DNA from: an uncultured Halioglobus sp.
Lineage (GTDB): Bacteria > Pseudomonadota > Gammaproteobacteria > Pseudomonadales > Halieaceae
Assembly: GCA_964519755.1 (NCBI GenBank)
Contig: CAZFJQ010000002.1
Location: forward strand, 83,307 to 147,306
Direction of reading: 5' to 3'
DNA: 64,000 nt
The position numbers and the translations under genes are program-made. Positions within the stretch are counted from its first letter, which is position 1. Each line of letters opens with the position of its first letter. Shown here one piece after another: positions 1 through 9,141 of the stretch. The notes under the pieces were generated by a model. It worked only from the letters and a program-made list of their open reading frames with translations. It was not told where the DNA came from and ran no database searches.

Positions 1-1573
1 CGAGTGCCACCCCGTCCTCTGACATCACGCGTTGTAAACCGTTGACCAGGAAGTTGACGTTGCCCATGCGCCTTTCCGCGACGTCCTCGCTGGAGCTGAT
101 CTGCCCGAGCCAACCCTCGTAGTCGATGTCCCGCAGCATCTGGTGAATGCCGGAGACGCCGCGTTCAGCCGTGCAGCGCTGGCGTGTGGATGCCAGCCAG
201 GTGCCGAACTCGTGTAACCGTTTCAGCCCGGCGGCGGGGACCGCCGGCGGCGCAATCCGGTTGCAGGCCCGGGCCAGGCTGAGTCCTTCACCGCGGGCAA
301 ACAGGCCCAGTGCCTCCAGTGAGGCCGTGCCGAGTTGGCGGCGCGGTATGTTGGCGATGCGCAGGAAGGCGTTGTCGTCGTTCTCGTTCAGTATCAGTCG
401 CAAATACGACATGATGTCTTTCACTTCATTGCGGGCAAAGAATGAGGTACCGCCGCTCAGGTGATACGGCACCTGCTGCGCCTGCAGCGCAAGTTCCAGC
501 AGGCGAGCCTGGTGATTACCGCGATACAGCACGGCATAGTCGCCAAGGCGGGTACGCTTGCGCAGCTGATGGTCGAGAATTTCCGCCACTACCTGTCCGG
601 CTTCCGCGTGCTCATCGGCACAGTGGATGAGGCGCAGCGGTTCGCCGAATCCCAGCTCACTCCAGAGCTGCTTTTCGAACAGGTGCGCATTGTTGGCGAT
701 AAGCGTATTTGCAGCGCGCAGGATACGTGCGGTAGAGCGGTAATTCTGTTCCAGTTTGACAATCCGGAGCCCGGGAAAATCCTCCTGTAACAGTGCGAGA
801 TTTTCCGGGCGTGCGCCGCGCCAGGCATAAATCGACTGGTCGTCATCACCCACCACGGTTAAACGGCCGTGCAGGCCCACGAGCTGTTTTACCAGCAGGT
901 ACTGGCTGGTGTTTGTGTCCTGGTACTCGTCCACCAGAAGGTAATGTACGCGCTGTTGCCATTTTTCGAGTATGTCTGGCGAGTGCTCAAACAGCAGTGT
1001 CGGCACCAGTATGAGATCGTCGAAGTCCAGCGCATTGTAGGCTTTCAGCGCACGCTGGTAGCGGGCGTAGGCTTGCGCGCAGAGCATGTCGGCCGGGCTT
1101 GTTGCTTTTGCCTGCGCCTGTGGTGGTAGCAGACGTTCGCTCTTCCAGCCCGAAATGCGCTGTTGTATCAGTTGCGCCTGGTCACCCTCGGCGCCGTGTT
1201 CCTGAATCAGCAGGTCGCGCAGCAGGGTGCGCGTATCTTCATTGTCGAATATCGAAAAGCCGGGCCTCAATCCCAGGGTTTTGCACTCGCTGCGGATGAT
1301 CTTCAACCCCAGTTGGTGAAAGGTACTGAGAGTAAGCCGGTCGGCGGAATCGGCACCTACCAGGTGGCGCACACGTTCTCGCATTTCGCGCGCGGCCTTG
1401 TTGGTGAAGGTCACGGCGGCGATGCGCGATGGGTCAATACGGCAGTGGCGTACCAGGTAGGCGATCTTCTCGGTGATAACGCTGGTTTTGCCGCTGCCGG
1501 CGCCGGCGAGTACGAGGAGAGGCCCGTCGATATAGCGCACCGCCTCCCGTTGCCTGGGGTTGAGTTCGGGCAC
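1..1573 (-). CDS. rep: ATP-dependent DNA helicase Rep (N-terminal ~524 aa; C-terminus runs off the window start)
   Basis: My reverse-strand translation from GTG at 1573 gives MPELNPRQREAVRYIDGPLLVLAGAGSGKTSVITEKIAYLV..AAVTFTNKAAREM. Further in it shows LLVDEYQ and VVGDDDQSIY, the SF1 helicase motifs. The N-terminus closely parallels E. coli Rep. It is absent from the ORF track because it is open-ended. Confidence 0.9.
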   Translation of the reverse strand, partial: MPELNPRQREAVRYIDGPLLVLAGAGSGKTSVITEKIAYLVRHCRIDPSRIAAVTFTNKAAREMRERVRHLVGADSADRLTLSTFHQLGLKIIRSECKTLGLRPGFSIFDNEDTRTLLRDLLIQEHGAEGDQAQLIQQRISGWKSERLLPPQAQAKATSPADMLCAQAYARYQRALKAYNALDFDDLILVPTLLFEHSPDILEKWQQRVHYLLVDEYQDTNTSQYLLVKQLVGLHGRLTVVGDDDQSIYAWRGARPENLALLQEDFPGLRIVKLEQNYRSTARILRAANTLIANNAHLFEKQLWSELGFGEPLRLIHCADEHAEAGQVVAEILDHQLRKRTRLGDYAVLYRGNHQARLLELALQAQQVPYHLSGGTSFFARNEVKDIMSYLRLILNENDDNAFLRIANIPRRQLGTASLEALGLFARGEGLSLARACNRIAPPAVPAAGLKRLHEFGTWLASTRQRCTAERGVSGIHQMLRDIDYEGWLGQISSSEDVAERRMGNVNFLVNGLQRVMSEDGVAL

Positions 1574-1995
1574 TAGCGATTGCGCGCGAGCTTGGCGACG
1601 GAACTGGTGGTGGCAGTTAGCAGGCCCGCGGGGTTGTAGAGTTGACCTTCGAGGAACGCGGTTTTATAGCTGCGTTTGCGTACCTGGCCCACGGCGTGCA
1701 GCTTCCCTGCACGGGTAGGTTCCAGATAGCTGGTCTTGATTTCCAGCGAGGAAACGCCGGCCAGCGTGCCATCGGTCTCCACCACGAATACCGCGTGGCT
1801 CATCGCGGCATCCAGCATGGTGGTTATGAAACCGCCCTGTACGATGTCGATCGAGTGACAGAAATCTGTACTGACGTCGAATTCGAAGGTGCAGCTTTGT
1901 TGCTCGATGTTAATGGCCACCACCCGGCCGCCGAGCATGCCGATAAAACCGGGAGCGCGAGCGTTGAGCCTGTCTATGATGTCTTTGTCCGTCAT
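1573..1995 (-). CDS. PaaI-family (hotdog fold) thioesterase
   Basis: The ORF 1573..2118 is trimmed to MTDKDIIDRLNARAPGFIGMLG (ATG at 1995). It is ~140 aa with a hotdog-type pattern (GGRVV..C.N..G.VQGGF..T.LD). Its stop overlaps the rep GTG start. Confidence 0.7.
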   Translation of the reverse strand: MTDKDIIDRLNARAPGFIGMLGGRVVAINIEQQSCTFEFDVSTDFCHSIDIVQGGFITTMLDAAMSHAVFVVETDGTLAGVSSLEIKTSYLEPTRAGKLHAVGQVRKRSYKTAFLEGQLYNPAGLLTATTSSVAKLARNR

Positions 1996-2009
1996 GTAGA
2001 AAAAGGCGC

Positions 2010-3257
2010 CTAGCGTAACTCCAGGCCCAGGCCCGCATATTGCGTGCGCAGGTGATAGGTGGAAGGGTCGCGGCCGTAGCCGTCGAAATAGAACAGCATC
2101 AGGCGCACATTGTCCCATTCTGCTGCGAGCGTGAGTCGCGCACTCAAGTACTGTGCGAAACTGTTCTCGAGCCCGGTTTGCAAGTCCAGCCTGGCATCAA
2201 CCTGTGTCCTGCCGTCGTCGCTGCGCCACAGCGGCCGTTCGAGCATGCCCCGCAAGCCGTCGAAATCCGTGATTTCGCTGTTGTTGCCAGCGTCCCACCA
2301 GATCTCGTCTTCGCGTTCACCAATGAAGCCAAATCCCTGGCAATTGCAGTACCAGCGGGCTTCGATCTGGTAGTTGAACCAGTTCTCCTTGCGCGGGTCC
2401 TCATACAGCAAGGTATTGCTCGCCCAGCGCAACTGGGCATAGTCCCATCCGCGGCTCACTTCGGCGAGGGCAAAGTCGTCGCCGAAGCGTGCGCGACGTG
2501 CTTCAAAACGGCCGACTTCGTCTTCTTCCAGTGTCTGGCCGTTGGATTCGTGAAACCAGCCAACGCGCAGCGTATTGCGGCCCCGCGAGAAGTCGTACTC
2601 AAAGGAAACTCCCGGATTCTGGCGGCGCGACACGATGGGGGCGGAATCGTAGCGGTCGCTGTCGGTGATATAGAAGTCGTACAGGCCGTTGTAGTGGAAC
2701 AGCATGCGGTCGGGAACGACGGCGTTGAAAAAATCCCCGTAGGCGTTTTCCCAGCGCCCAAAAGCGTTCTGGCTCTGTTCAAACCAGTCATCGACGATCG
2801 GGTACTTGAGCGAGACGTAGAACTCCATGTGGTTTTCGTCGCCGATTTCGTCGTCGACCGGCTGGGCATAGACGATGTAGTTGGGGTCGTCGGCGCTCAG
2901 CATGCCGCGTTCCTGCTTGCGCGACAGTGACTCCAGTCGCGCGAGGCGTGCCTCTCGCTGCTCGGCCTGCGCCTTGTCGAGGGTCTGATCCGGGGGCGGG
3001 TCGCCCGCGCCAGGCCTGTTCTCGCTCGACAACTCTTCAACCAGAAGCACCTCGGGCGCGGAGCGCTCGGCGCCGGGAGCTGTCAGGGCATCGAAACAGC
3101 GCAAGCGGCTGATTTCACCGGGCGTCTGCCGACAGGCTTCAAACTGGCGGTAGAAAGCCGCGCCCTCGCTATCCGACTCAGCTTGCGCCAGGGAGGGAGT
3201 TGATAGCAGCGTAGCAGCAGCCGCGCAGAACGGTGCAACACCGCGAAGCGCCTTCAC
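2010..3257 (-). CDS. Outer-membrane phospholipase A1 (OMPLA/PldA family) homolog with a long N-terminal extension
   Basis: The catalytic-type block GWFHESNGQ parallels E. coli PldA GYNHDSNGR. The C-terminal FYFDGYGRD...GLGLELR parallels VYSGYGES...GVGVML. The trimmed start is the GTG at 3257, giving signal peptide VKALRGVAPFCAAAATLLSTPSLAQA. The upstream part of ORF 2010..3632 overlaps the P450 gene out of frame and is rejected. Confidence 0.7.
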   Translation of the reverse strand: MKALRGVAPFCAAAATLLSTPSLAQAESDSEGAAFYRQFEACRQTPGEISRLRCFDALTAPGAERSAPEVLLVEELSSENRPGAGDPPPDQTLDKAQAEQREARLARLESLSRKQERGMLSADDPNYIVYAQPVDDEIGDENHMEFYVSLKYPIVDDWFEQSQNAFGRWENAYGDFFNAVVPDRMLFHYNGLYDFYITDSDRYDSAPIVSRRQNPGVSFEYDFSRGRNTLRVGWFHESNGQTLEEDEVGRFEARRARFGDDFALAEVSRGWDYAQLRWASNTLLYEDPRKENWFNYQIEARWYCNCQGFGFIGEREDEIWWDAGNNSEITDFDGLRGMLERPLWRSDDGRTQVDARLDLQTGLENSFAQYLSARLTLAAEWDNVRLMLFYFDGYGRDPSTYHLRTQYAGLGLELR

Positions 3258-4531
3258 CGGCCGGGGCCGCGTTTCTGCTGTGCCTCGCTGGTGACGGGCT
3301 GCGGATCGAAGGTGATGGGCAGGGCTTTCATGGCATTGACAAAAAACGAACGCACGAACTGTGGTTCGCCGGCAAACTTCGGGTTGCGCAGGCGTGGAAT
3401 GATCTCCTCCATCATGATGGTCAACTCCAGCCTGGCCAGGTGGGAGCCGATACAGAAATGCTGGCCAATGCCGAAGGAGCGCAACTGGTTGTAGAGATCG
3501 GGCATGCGCTCGGCGCGAGTCACGTCGAAGCGCATCGCGTCTTCCCCGAATACCTCTTCGTCGTGATTGGCCGCATGGTAGTGCAGAATAATCTTGTCGC
3601 CCTCGCGGATTTGTTGGCCGCCCAGTTCGCAATCCTGCATTGCGGTGCGTCGCATCGAGATAAATGCCGTGTTGTAGCGCAGCATCTCTTCGCAGGCACC
3701 CGGGATTTTGTCGGGGTTATCTACCAGGTATTGCAACTGCTCGGGGTTTTCCATCAGCAGACGCATACCCTGTGCGATCACCGTGCGCGTGGATTCGTTG
3801 CCGCCCACCAGGATAAGAATGAACATCCAGCCGAACATCTCTTCCGAGATCGGCTCGCCGGCAAGCTCCCCGTCAAGCAGTGCGCCTGTGATGTTGTCCA
3901 TCGGCTCCTGGCGGTGTTTTGCGGCCAGCGCCGCGGCGTATTGCAGAACCTCGAGGGATGCGAGCTGCCCCTCTTCCATCGAAGTCGCCATATCCGGATC
4001 GTCGGCGAAAATCATGGTGTTGGTCCAGTCGAAGAACTTTTTTCGATCTTCCAGGGGCACTCCCAACAGTTCGAGAATACCGATCAGGGGCAGTTCGGCC
4101 GCCACCTCTTCCACGAATTCACATTCGCCCCGGCCCGCGACGGCATCCACGATGCGCCTGGCGTGTTCGCGAAAGTTGGCCGCATAGGATTCCACGTGTT
4201 TGGGGGTAAAGGCATTGCGCACGATGCGGCGCACTTTCTGGTGCAACGGCGGATCCATGTTGATGATGGTCTGGCGGTGGATGCCCTCGACCATCTCCTG
4301 GTCGTATTCCATCGGGAAGGCCGAACGTTCGGCGGACGAGAAAAGCCTGGGATTCTTGGAGACGTAGTCCATCTCGGCGATGCGTGTCACCGCCCAGTAG
4401 GGGACCCCGGTGAGCGGATCTTCAATACGTACCACCGGCCCGGCATCACGAATCTCACGCAGCTTTTCGTAAGGCATTCCCCGGGCGTACGTGTCCGGGT
4501 CCACCAGGTTGGTGAAGGGGCATTGGCTCAT
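3254..4531 (-). CDS. Cytochrome P450 monooxygenase
   Basis: It has the heme-binding loop FGIGQHFCIGSHLARLE, the I-helix GGNESTR and EMLRY (ExxR). The start is trimmed to MSQCPFTNLVDP (ATG at 4531), which is preceded by an AAGGAA RBS. Confidence 0.9.
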   Translation of the reverse strand: MSQCPFTNLVDPDTYARGMPYEKLREIRDAGPVVRIEDPLTGVPYWAVTRIAEMDYVSKNPRLFSSAERSAFPMEYDQEMVEGIHRQTIINMDPPLHQKVRRIVRNAFTPKHVESYAANFREHARRIVDAVAGRGECEFVEEVAAELPLIGILELLGVPLEDRKKFFDWTNTMIFADDPDMATSMEEGQLASLEVLQYAAALAAKHRQEPMDNITGALLDGELAGEPISEEMFGWMFILILVGGNESTRTVIAQGMRLLMENPEQLQYLVDNPDKIPGACEEMLRYNTAFISMRRTAMQDCELGGQQIREGDKIILHYHAANHDEEVFGEDAMRFDVTRAERMPDLYNQLRSFGIGQHFCIGSHLARLELTIMMEEIIPRLRNPKFAGEPQFVRSFFVNAMKALPITFDPQPVTSEAQQKRGPGR

Positions 4532-4676
4532 GCTTTGTTCCTTTAAAACGCGCGGCCCGACAGTGGTCTGCCCGGCGAGGCTGGTCATCCACAGTGAGAG
4601 GCAAACTCTGTCATATGTGCCAGTTGCAGTAAAGACTTCCACGGGGGTGACGGTGTCAGGGGGTATACCCATAACG

Positions 4677-4701
4677 AAAAAACCCGCCGTGAGGCGGGTT
4701 T
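4677..4701 (-). terminator. Rho-independent terminator after the PEP-CTERM gene
   Basis: The minus strand reads AAACCCGCC-TCAC-GGCGGGTTTTTT, a GC stem plus T-run, about 25 nt after the stop at 4723. Confidence 0.8.
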
Positions 4702-4722
4702 CGGGGGTGCGTGCGTTGAGTA

Positions 4723-5580
4723 TCAGGCGCGACGCTTGCGAGAGAACAGGCCCAGGCCAGTCATGGCGATACCGAAGAGCACCAGTGTTGCCGGAGCAGG
4801 TACGTCGATGACGACTTCTTCGGTTGTGATCACCGCGGCAAACTGGAAGGGTGTAGTTGCATTTTCCGGGGTAAGGAAACCGAGACAGGGGTTAGCCGCA
4901 CCAGCAGCAGTACAGGCAGCTTCCGCCAGCGGGTTGAGGCCGTTGGTCAGCTCGAAGAAGCTGATGAAGTACTCCTGATTCTGCAGCGGGCCACCGGCGC
5001 CGTCCAGGTCAAAGAAGAAGGGGAAGTTCAGCGCATTGCGGTCGATCACGAAGATATCCGCGCAGCCTTCATCGTTTACGCCCTGGTTGTTTGCCTCACC
5101 ATTCGCGCAGGGGTTATCACCGTTGGGTGTTTCCAGGAATTCGATCAGGAAGTCGATGCTGTTCGGGCCGATCGAAGGTTCTGCGCTGGCGGGCTGAAAC
5201 GGCGTCAGTGTCAGGGTCGAGCGCAACGCCACGCTTTCCAGCGAGGAGCCGGTGACAGGGCGGTTCAAGTGGGTGACGCCTACGTTGGCCACTGCCGGGC
5301 CGTTGGTATCGACCTGGGTTGCACCGGGCGGATTGTTGATGTCCAGGCCGCTCCGGCCCTCGCCCGTGCTGGTGCCCCAACGCATGGTCTGGCTGTTGCA
5401 GGTCTGTGCGTCGTCTGTCCACTGCACGGTGCCGCAAAGGAATTCGGCGCTGACGTCTACCGTCCAGGTATCTACGATGCCGTCGATAAGGTCTGCCTGG
5501 GCCCCGGCCGCGCCCAGCAGGCTGAGGCCTGCGGCAAGACCGGCGGCGCGCGTTTTGAAGCTGCGATCGCGAGTTTTCAT
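4723..5580 (-). CDS. THxN-family PEP-CTERM sorting-domain protein (secreted)
   Basis: It has an N-terminal signal peptide (AAGLAAGLSLLGAAGAQA) and an internal VTHLNRP (THxN) motif. The C-terminus VPAPATLVLFGIAMTGLGLFSRKRRA has the layout of a PEP-like motif, a TM helix and a basic tail. Confidence 0.8.
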   Translation of the reverse strand: MKTRDRSFKTRAAGLAAGLSLLGAAGAQADLIDGIVDTWTVDVSAEFLCGTVQWTDDAQTCNSQTMRWGTSTGEGRSGLDINNPPGATQVDTNGPAVANVGVTHLNRPVTGSSLESVALRSTLTLTPFQPASAEPSIGPNSIDFLIEFLETPNGDNPCANGEANNQGVNDEGCADIFVIDRNALNFPFFFDLDGAGGPLQNQEYFISFFELTNGLNPLAEAACTAAGAANPCLGFLTPENATTPFQFAAVITTEEVVIDVPAPATLVLFGIAMTGLGLFSRKRRA

Positions 5581-5632
5581 AGTGTGTGTCCTTGTGTAGC
5601 GTTTAGTGTTGTTTTGTGCGTTGCCAAAAAGA

Positions 5633-5649
5633 TTGCAGAATCTGTGCCT
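5633..5649 (-). promoter_or_regulatory. Candidate sigma-54 (-24/-12) promoter for the PEP-CTERM gene
   Basis: The minus strand reads aGGCACagattcTGCAa. The GG and GC are at the exact consensus spacing of TGGCAC-N5-TTGCW. It lies ~50 nt upstream of the ATG at 5580, with an AT-rich tract immediately upstream. Confidence 0.55.
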
Positions 5650-5813
5650 TAGAAAAAATAGTGTAATAAAAACAATAGCTTAATTTTTTTGAGGTCGGCT
5701 GCGATGTGCGCCGGTTCACAGTTTCTTCGCCGTGGCCAACAAAATGTAAGATTTTTCGACGTTCCGCGGTTTTTTGCGCCGCCGAAAGCCTTGCGCATGC
5801 GGTGCGCACCAGG

Positions 5814-7307
5814 TCAGTGTGAGCCGCGGTAACCGAGTGCCTCCCGAATGTGGTCTATCTCTACCCGCCCGGCGCCTTCGAGATCACTGATAGTGAGCGC
5901 CACCCGCAGCAGTCGGTGCACACTTCGCGCGGACAGGTGCAAGCGTATTGCAGCGCTCTCAACAGCTTTTATCTGGGGGCCTTCAAGTAAGCAAGTGCTT
6001 GCTATAGCGTCTGGAGGGAGTTGCGAATTGGCGCAGCCCTGCCGCACTGTCTGGCGTTCCCGTGCGCGGCACACCCTGGAACGGATGACGTCGGATGCCT
6101 CGCCCCCGCGTTCTCTCCCCAGCAGGTTCGCCGGGGCCACGCGGCCTACCTGGGCGTGCAGGTCGATGCGATCCAGCAGCGGGCCGGAGATCCGCGCCTG
6201 GTAGCGTTGAACCTGTTCCGGGGCGCAGCGGCAGCTCCGTTGGCCATCGCCGAGGTAGCCGCAGGGGCAGGGATTCATCGCCGCCACCAGCTGGAAGCGT
6301 GCAGGATAGGTGACCTTGTGGCGCGCCCTCGACAGGGTAATCTCCCCCGATTCGAGTGGCTCCCGCAACATTTCCAGACAGTGACGGCTGAATTCCGGGA
6401 ATTCATCCAGAAACAGCACCCCGCCGTGAGCGAGAGAGATTTCTCCCGGGCGTGGCTTGCTGCCACCGCCGGCCAGGGCAGCGGCACTGGCGCTGTGATG
6501 CGGCGCGCGGAACGGTCGCTGGAAAAGTGCATCTGTTTGCATCCAGCCATCGTGGATGTCGCGCAGTGCCAGCGCCATCAGGGCTTCCGCGGGCTCTGGC
6601 GGAGGCAGAATTCCCGGTAGTCGGCTGGCCATGAGCGTCTTGCCCGACCCGGGTGGCCCCTCAAGCAATAAATGATGGCCGCCGGCAGCGGCGATTTCGA
6701 GCACCCTGCGCGCGCTGTGCTGGCCCACCACATCCCGCATATCGGGGTAATGAGGCATGGTAGCGGTCTGCAGGGGAACACTGGGTGGAATTGGCGCTGC
6801 ACCGTTCAAGTGCGCGCAAACAGTTAGCAGGTCGCTGGCTGCGACGATGCGACTGGCGGGCGCCAGGGCCGCGAGCGGTGCACACTGTGGCGCTACCACC
6901 AGGCTGCGTCCGGCGCATTGTGCGGCGTCTGCGGCGGCCACCGCGCCGGGCACGCTGCGCAGCGTACCATCCAGTGCGAGTTCTCCGAGGAATTCGTGCT
7001 CTGCAAGGCGGTCGACCGGTACCTGGCCGGAAGCACCGAGAATCCCCAGTGCAATGGGCAGGTCGAAGCGGCCCCCCTCCTTGGGCAGGTCGGCGGGAGC
7101 AAGGTTTACAGTGATGCGCCGGTCGGGGAAATCAAAATGCGAGTTCAACAGCGCGCAGCGAACTCGATCGCGGCTTTCGCGCACGGCGGTTTCGGGTAAG
7201 CCGACAATGTGGAAGGCAGGCAGCCCGTTGGAGAGATGGGTTTCCACCTGCACCAGCGGCGCGTCGACCCCAGCCAGTGCGCGGCTGTAAATAACCGAGA
7301 GGTGCAT
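5814..7307 (-). CDS. yifB: YifB/ComM family Mg-chelatase-like AAA+ ATPase
   Basis: MHLSVIYSRALAGVDAPLVQVETHLSNGLPAFHIVGLPETAVRESRDRV is the typical N-terminus. Walker A is GPPGSGKT, and the length of 497 aa fits the family. Confidence 0.9.
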   Translation of the reverse strand: MHLSVIYSRALAGVDAPLVQVETHLSNGLPAFHIVGLPETAVRESRDRVRCALLNSHFDFPDRRITVNLAPADLPKEGGRFDLPIALGILGASGQVPVDRLAEHEFLGELALDGTLRSVPGAVAAADAAQCAGRSLVVAPQCAPLAALAPASRIVAASDLLTVCAHLNGAAPIPPSVPLQTATMPHYPDMRDVVGQHSARRVLEIAAAGGHHLLLEGPPGSGKTLMASRLPGILPPPEPAEALMALALRDIHDGWMQTDALFQRPFRAPHHSASAAALAGGGSKPRPGEISLAHGGVLFLDEFPEFSRHCLEMLREPLESGEITLSRARHKVTYPARFQLVAAMNPCPCGYLGDGQRSCRCAPEQVQRYQARISGPLLDRIDLHAQVGRVAPANLLGRERGGEASDVIRSRVCRARERQTVRQGCANSQLPPDAIASTCLLEGPQIKAVESAAIRLHLSARSVHRLLRVALTISDLEGAGRVEIDHIREALGYRGSH

Positions 7308-7384
7308 GGCTCATCCTTGAGCGTGTTGTGCCGGGCAGCTCTGGCCGCGGCTTGTGCTGCGTGGTCAGGTGGGAATGTAAGTGC

Positions 7385-7657
7385 TCACTTTTCGCCAGTC
7401 TCCCGAGCCAGGCTCTCTACTTCTTGCGCGAGTGCGTCAAGCTCTGCCTCCAGCGCGGTGACCCTGGCCCGCGTGCGCTTGAGGAGGTCTGCCTGGATGT
7501 CGAATTCCTCGCGGCTTACCAGTTCCAGCTTTGACAGTGCCGACTGCGTTAATGCGCGTAGGCCTTTGTCCACCTCCTGGCGCATACCCTGGCCGCCCAT
7601 CATTTCGTCTACCTGCTGCAGGACGGTCCAGGGTGGGGGAGGGGGCTTCAGAGGCAT
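7385..7657 (-). CDS. ubiK: Ubiquinone biosynthesis accessory factor UbiK (YqiC/BMFP family)
   Basis: A 90 aa coiled-coil protein. [33 protein letters not shown] parallels E. coli UbiK [26 protein letters not shown]. Confidence 0.8.
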   Translation of the reverse strand: [90 protein letters not shown]

Positions 7658-7734
7658 CGGGACACCGCCGGTTTACTGGGTGGATGATCAAGCAAGCCTA
7701 GCGCATTTTGTTGGCCGGTCACAGCGCATCATGG

Positions 7735-7769
7735 TGCTCTTTTATGGTGCAGCGCACTTGTAAGGTGCA
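7735..7769 (+). promoter_or_regulatory. Two adjacent NtrC-like enhancer sites
   Basis: TGCTCTTTTATGGTGCA (7735-7751) matches the consensus TGCACCA-N3-TGGTGCA at 11/14 positions. cGCACTTGTAAGGTGCA (7753-7769) matches at 10/14. They sit ~80-115 bp upstream of the sigma-54 core at 7848. Confidence 0.45.
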
Positions 7770-7847
7770 TAAATTGCGTGCCAGCCGGTGGCGGTCACAC
7801 GGTTAAAAATGATCTAACCCGTTCATATCAAAAAGAATTCGAAACTC

Positions 7848-7863
7848 TGGCACAGACTCTGCT
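7848..7863 (+). promoter_or_regulatory. Candidate sigma-54 (-24/-12) promoter for the porin-glnK-amtB unit
   Basis: TGGCACagactcTGCT has GG and GC at consensus spacing. It lies ~105 nt upstream of the porin ATG at 7967. Confidence 0.6.
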
Positions 7864-7966
7864 CTTTCCGTGTGACAGCTCTGTTAAAGCGTTTGCAAAG
7901 CGCCCGTTACGCAGTTTCACGCTGAAGCAAGGACTGTTTCTGACAAACAACAGGAGATTTAGAGAC

Positions 7967-8698
7967 ATGTTAAACAAAAAAGTGCTATCCGTTGCAATTG
8001 CGACCGCCCTCGCGGGTGGTCTGAGTGCCACCCACGCCCAGGCTGAAGTTGAAGTCAGTGGCAACGTTGCCCTGACGTCCGATTACCGCTTCCGCGGCAT
8101 TTCCCAGTCCGACGAAAGTATCGCCGTGCAGGGTGGTTTCGATCTGGGTTTTGAAAACGGCATCTACATTGGTACGTGGGGCTCGACGGTCGACTTCGAT
8201 ACCAATGGAGACGGCTTCGACGGCAGCCTCGAGCTGGATTACTACGCAGGCTGGGCCGGCGACATCGGCGACAGTGGTTTCGGTATCGACGTGGGTTACT
8301 TCTACTACGACTACCCGGGTGACGACGATGCAGAGGGTGACTACCAGGAATTTGCGCTGGGCTTGTCCTTCGCTGATCTCGGTCTGTCCGTGGTCTATTC
8401 CGACGATTACTACGGCGAGACTGACGAGTTCTGGTATGTCGCTGCCGACTATGGCATCAGCCTGAGCGACGCGTTCTCAATCGGCCTGCACGTGGGCTAC
8501 AACATGCTGGAAGAGGACGGCGGGTTCCTGTCGTCTGGTGAAGACGCCTACACCGACTACTCCATAACCGGAACGTATAGCGTCGCCGGCGTGGATCTGT
8601 CGCTGGCCTACGTCGGCACCGATCTGGATGACGACGACGTCTTCGGCACTGACTGGGCCGACGACACGGTAGTTTTCACGATCGCCAAGAGCCTGTAG
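7967..8698 (+). CDS. TorF-family putative outer-membrane porin (TIGR02001-like)
   Basis: Trimmed to MLNKKVLSVAIATALAGGLSATHAQA (signal peptide). This is followed by VSGNVALTSDYRFRGISQSDESIAVQGGFDL...GTWGSTVDF, the characteristic family opening. Its position directly upstream of glnK-amtB is a common arrangement. Confidence 0.7.
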   Translation: MLNKKVLSVAIATALAGGLSATHAQAEVEVSGNVALTSDYRFRGISQSDESIAVQGGFDLGFENGIYIGTWGSTVDFDTNGDGFDGSLELDYYAGWAGDIGDSGFGIDVGYFYYDYPGDDDAEGDYQEFALGLSFADLGLSVVYSDDYYGETDEFWYVAADYGISLSDAFSIGLHVGYNMLEEDGGFLSSGEDAYTDYSITGTYSVAGVDLSLAYVGTDLDDDDVFGTDWADDTVVFTIAKSL

Positions 8699-8711
8699 GT
8701 CCTGGGCATAG

Positions 8712-9110
<399 letters not shown>

Positions 9111-9141
9111 GCCGAAATTTTAGTCAGAGAGAGAAATTCCA

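Noticed and set aside
3258-3632. 5' extension of the OMPLA-like ORF (and analogous 5' extensions of the thioesterase, P450, HAD, argH, trxA, peroxiredoxin, hemD, porin, pilU-like and SLC13 ORFs).
   Set aside because: The extensions overlap the neighbouring gene in another frame and encode Arg/Pro-rich nonsense. Internal starts give proper signal peptides, an RBS or start/stop overlaps.
3233-4546. Long plus-strand ORF (437 aa) covering the P450 locus. Similar long ORFs include 2040..2930(+), 14719..15597(+), 20062..20718(-), 22064..22921(-), 34938..35903(+), 46604..47431(+ part), 49259..50242(+) and 50402..51166(+).
   Set aside because: They are antisense to, or out of frame with, genes that carry clear conserved motifs. 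Their translations are low-complexity (R/A/G/P/S-rich) with no recognisable motifs. Stop-poor antisense frames are expected at this GC content.
5603-5809. 68-aa minus-strand ORF in the yifB / PEP-CTERM intergenic region.
   Set aside because: It spans the AT-rich promoter region, has no RBS and no recognisable motif. It overlaps the proposed sigma-54 promoter and upstream element.
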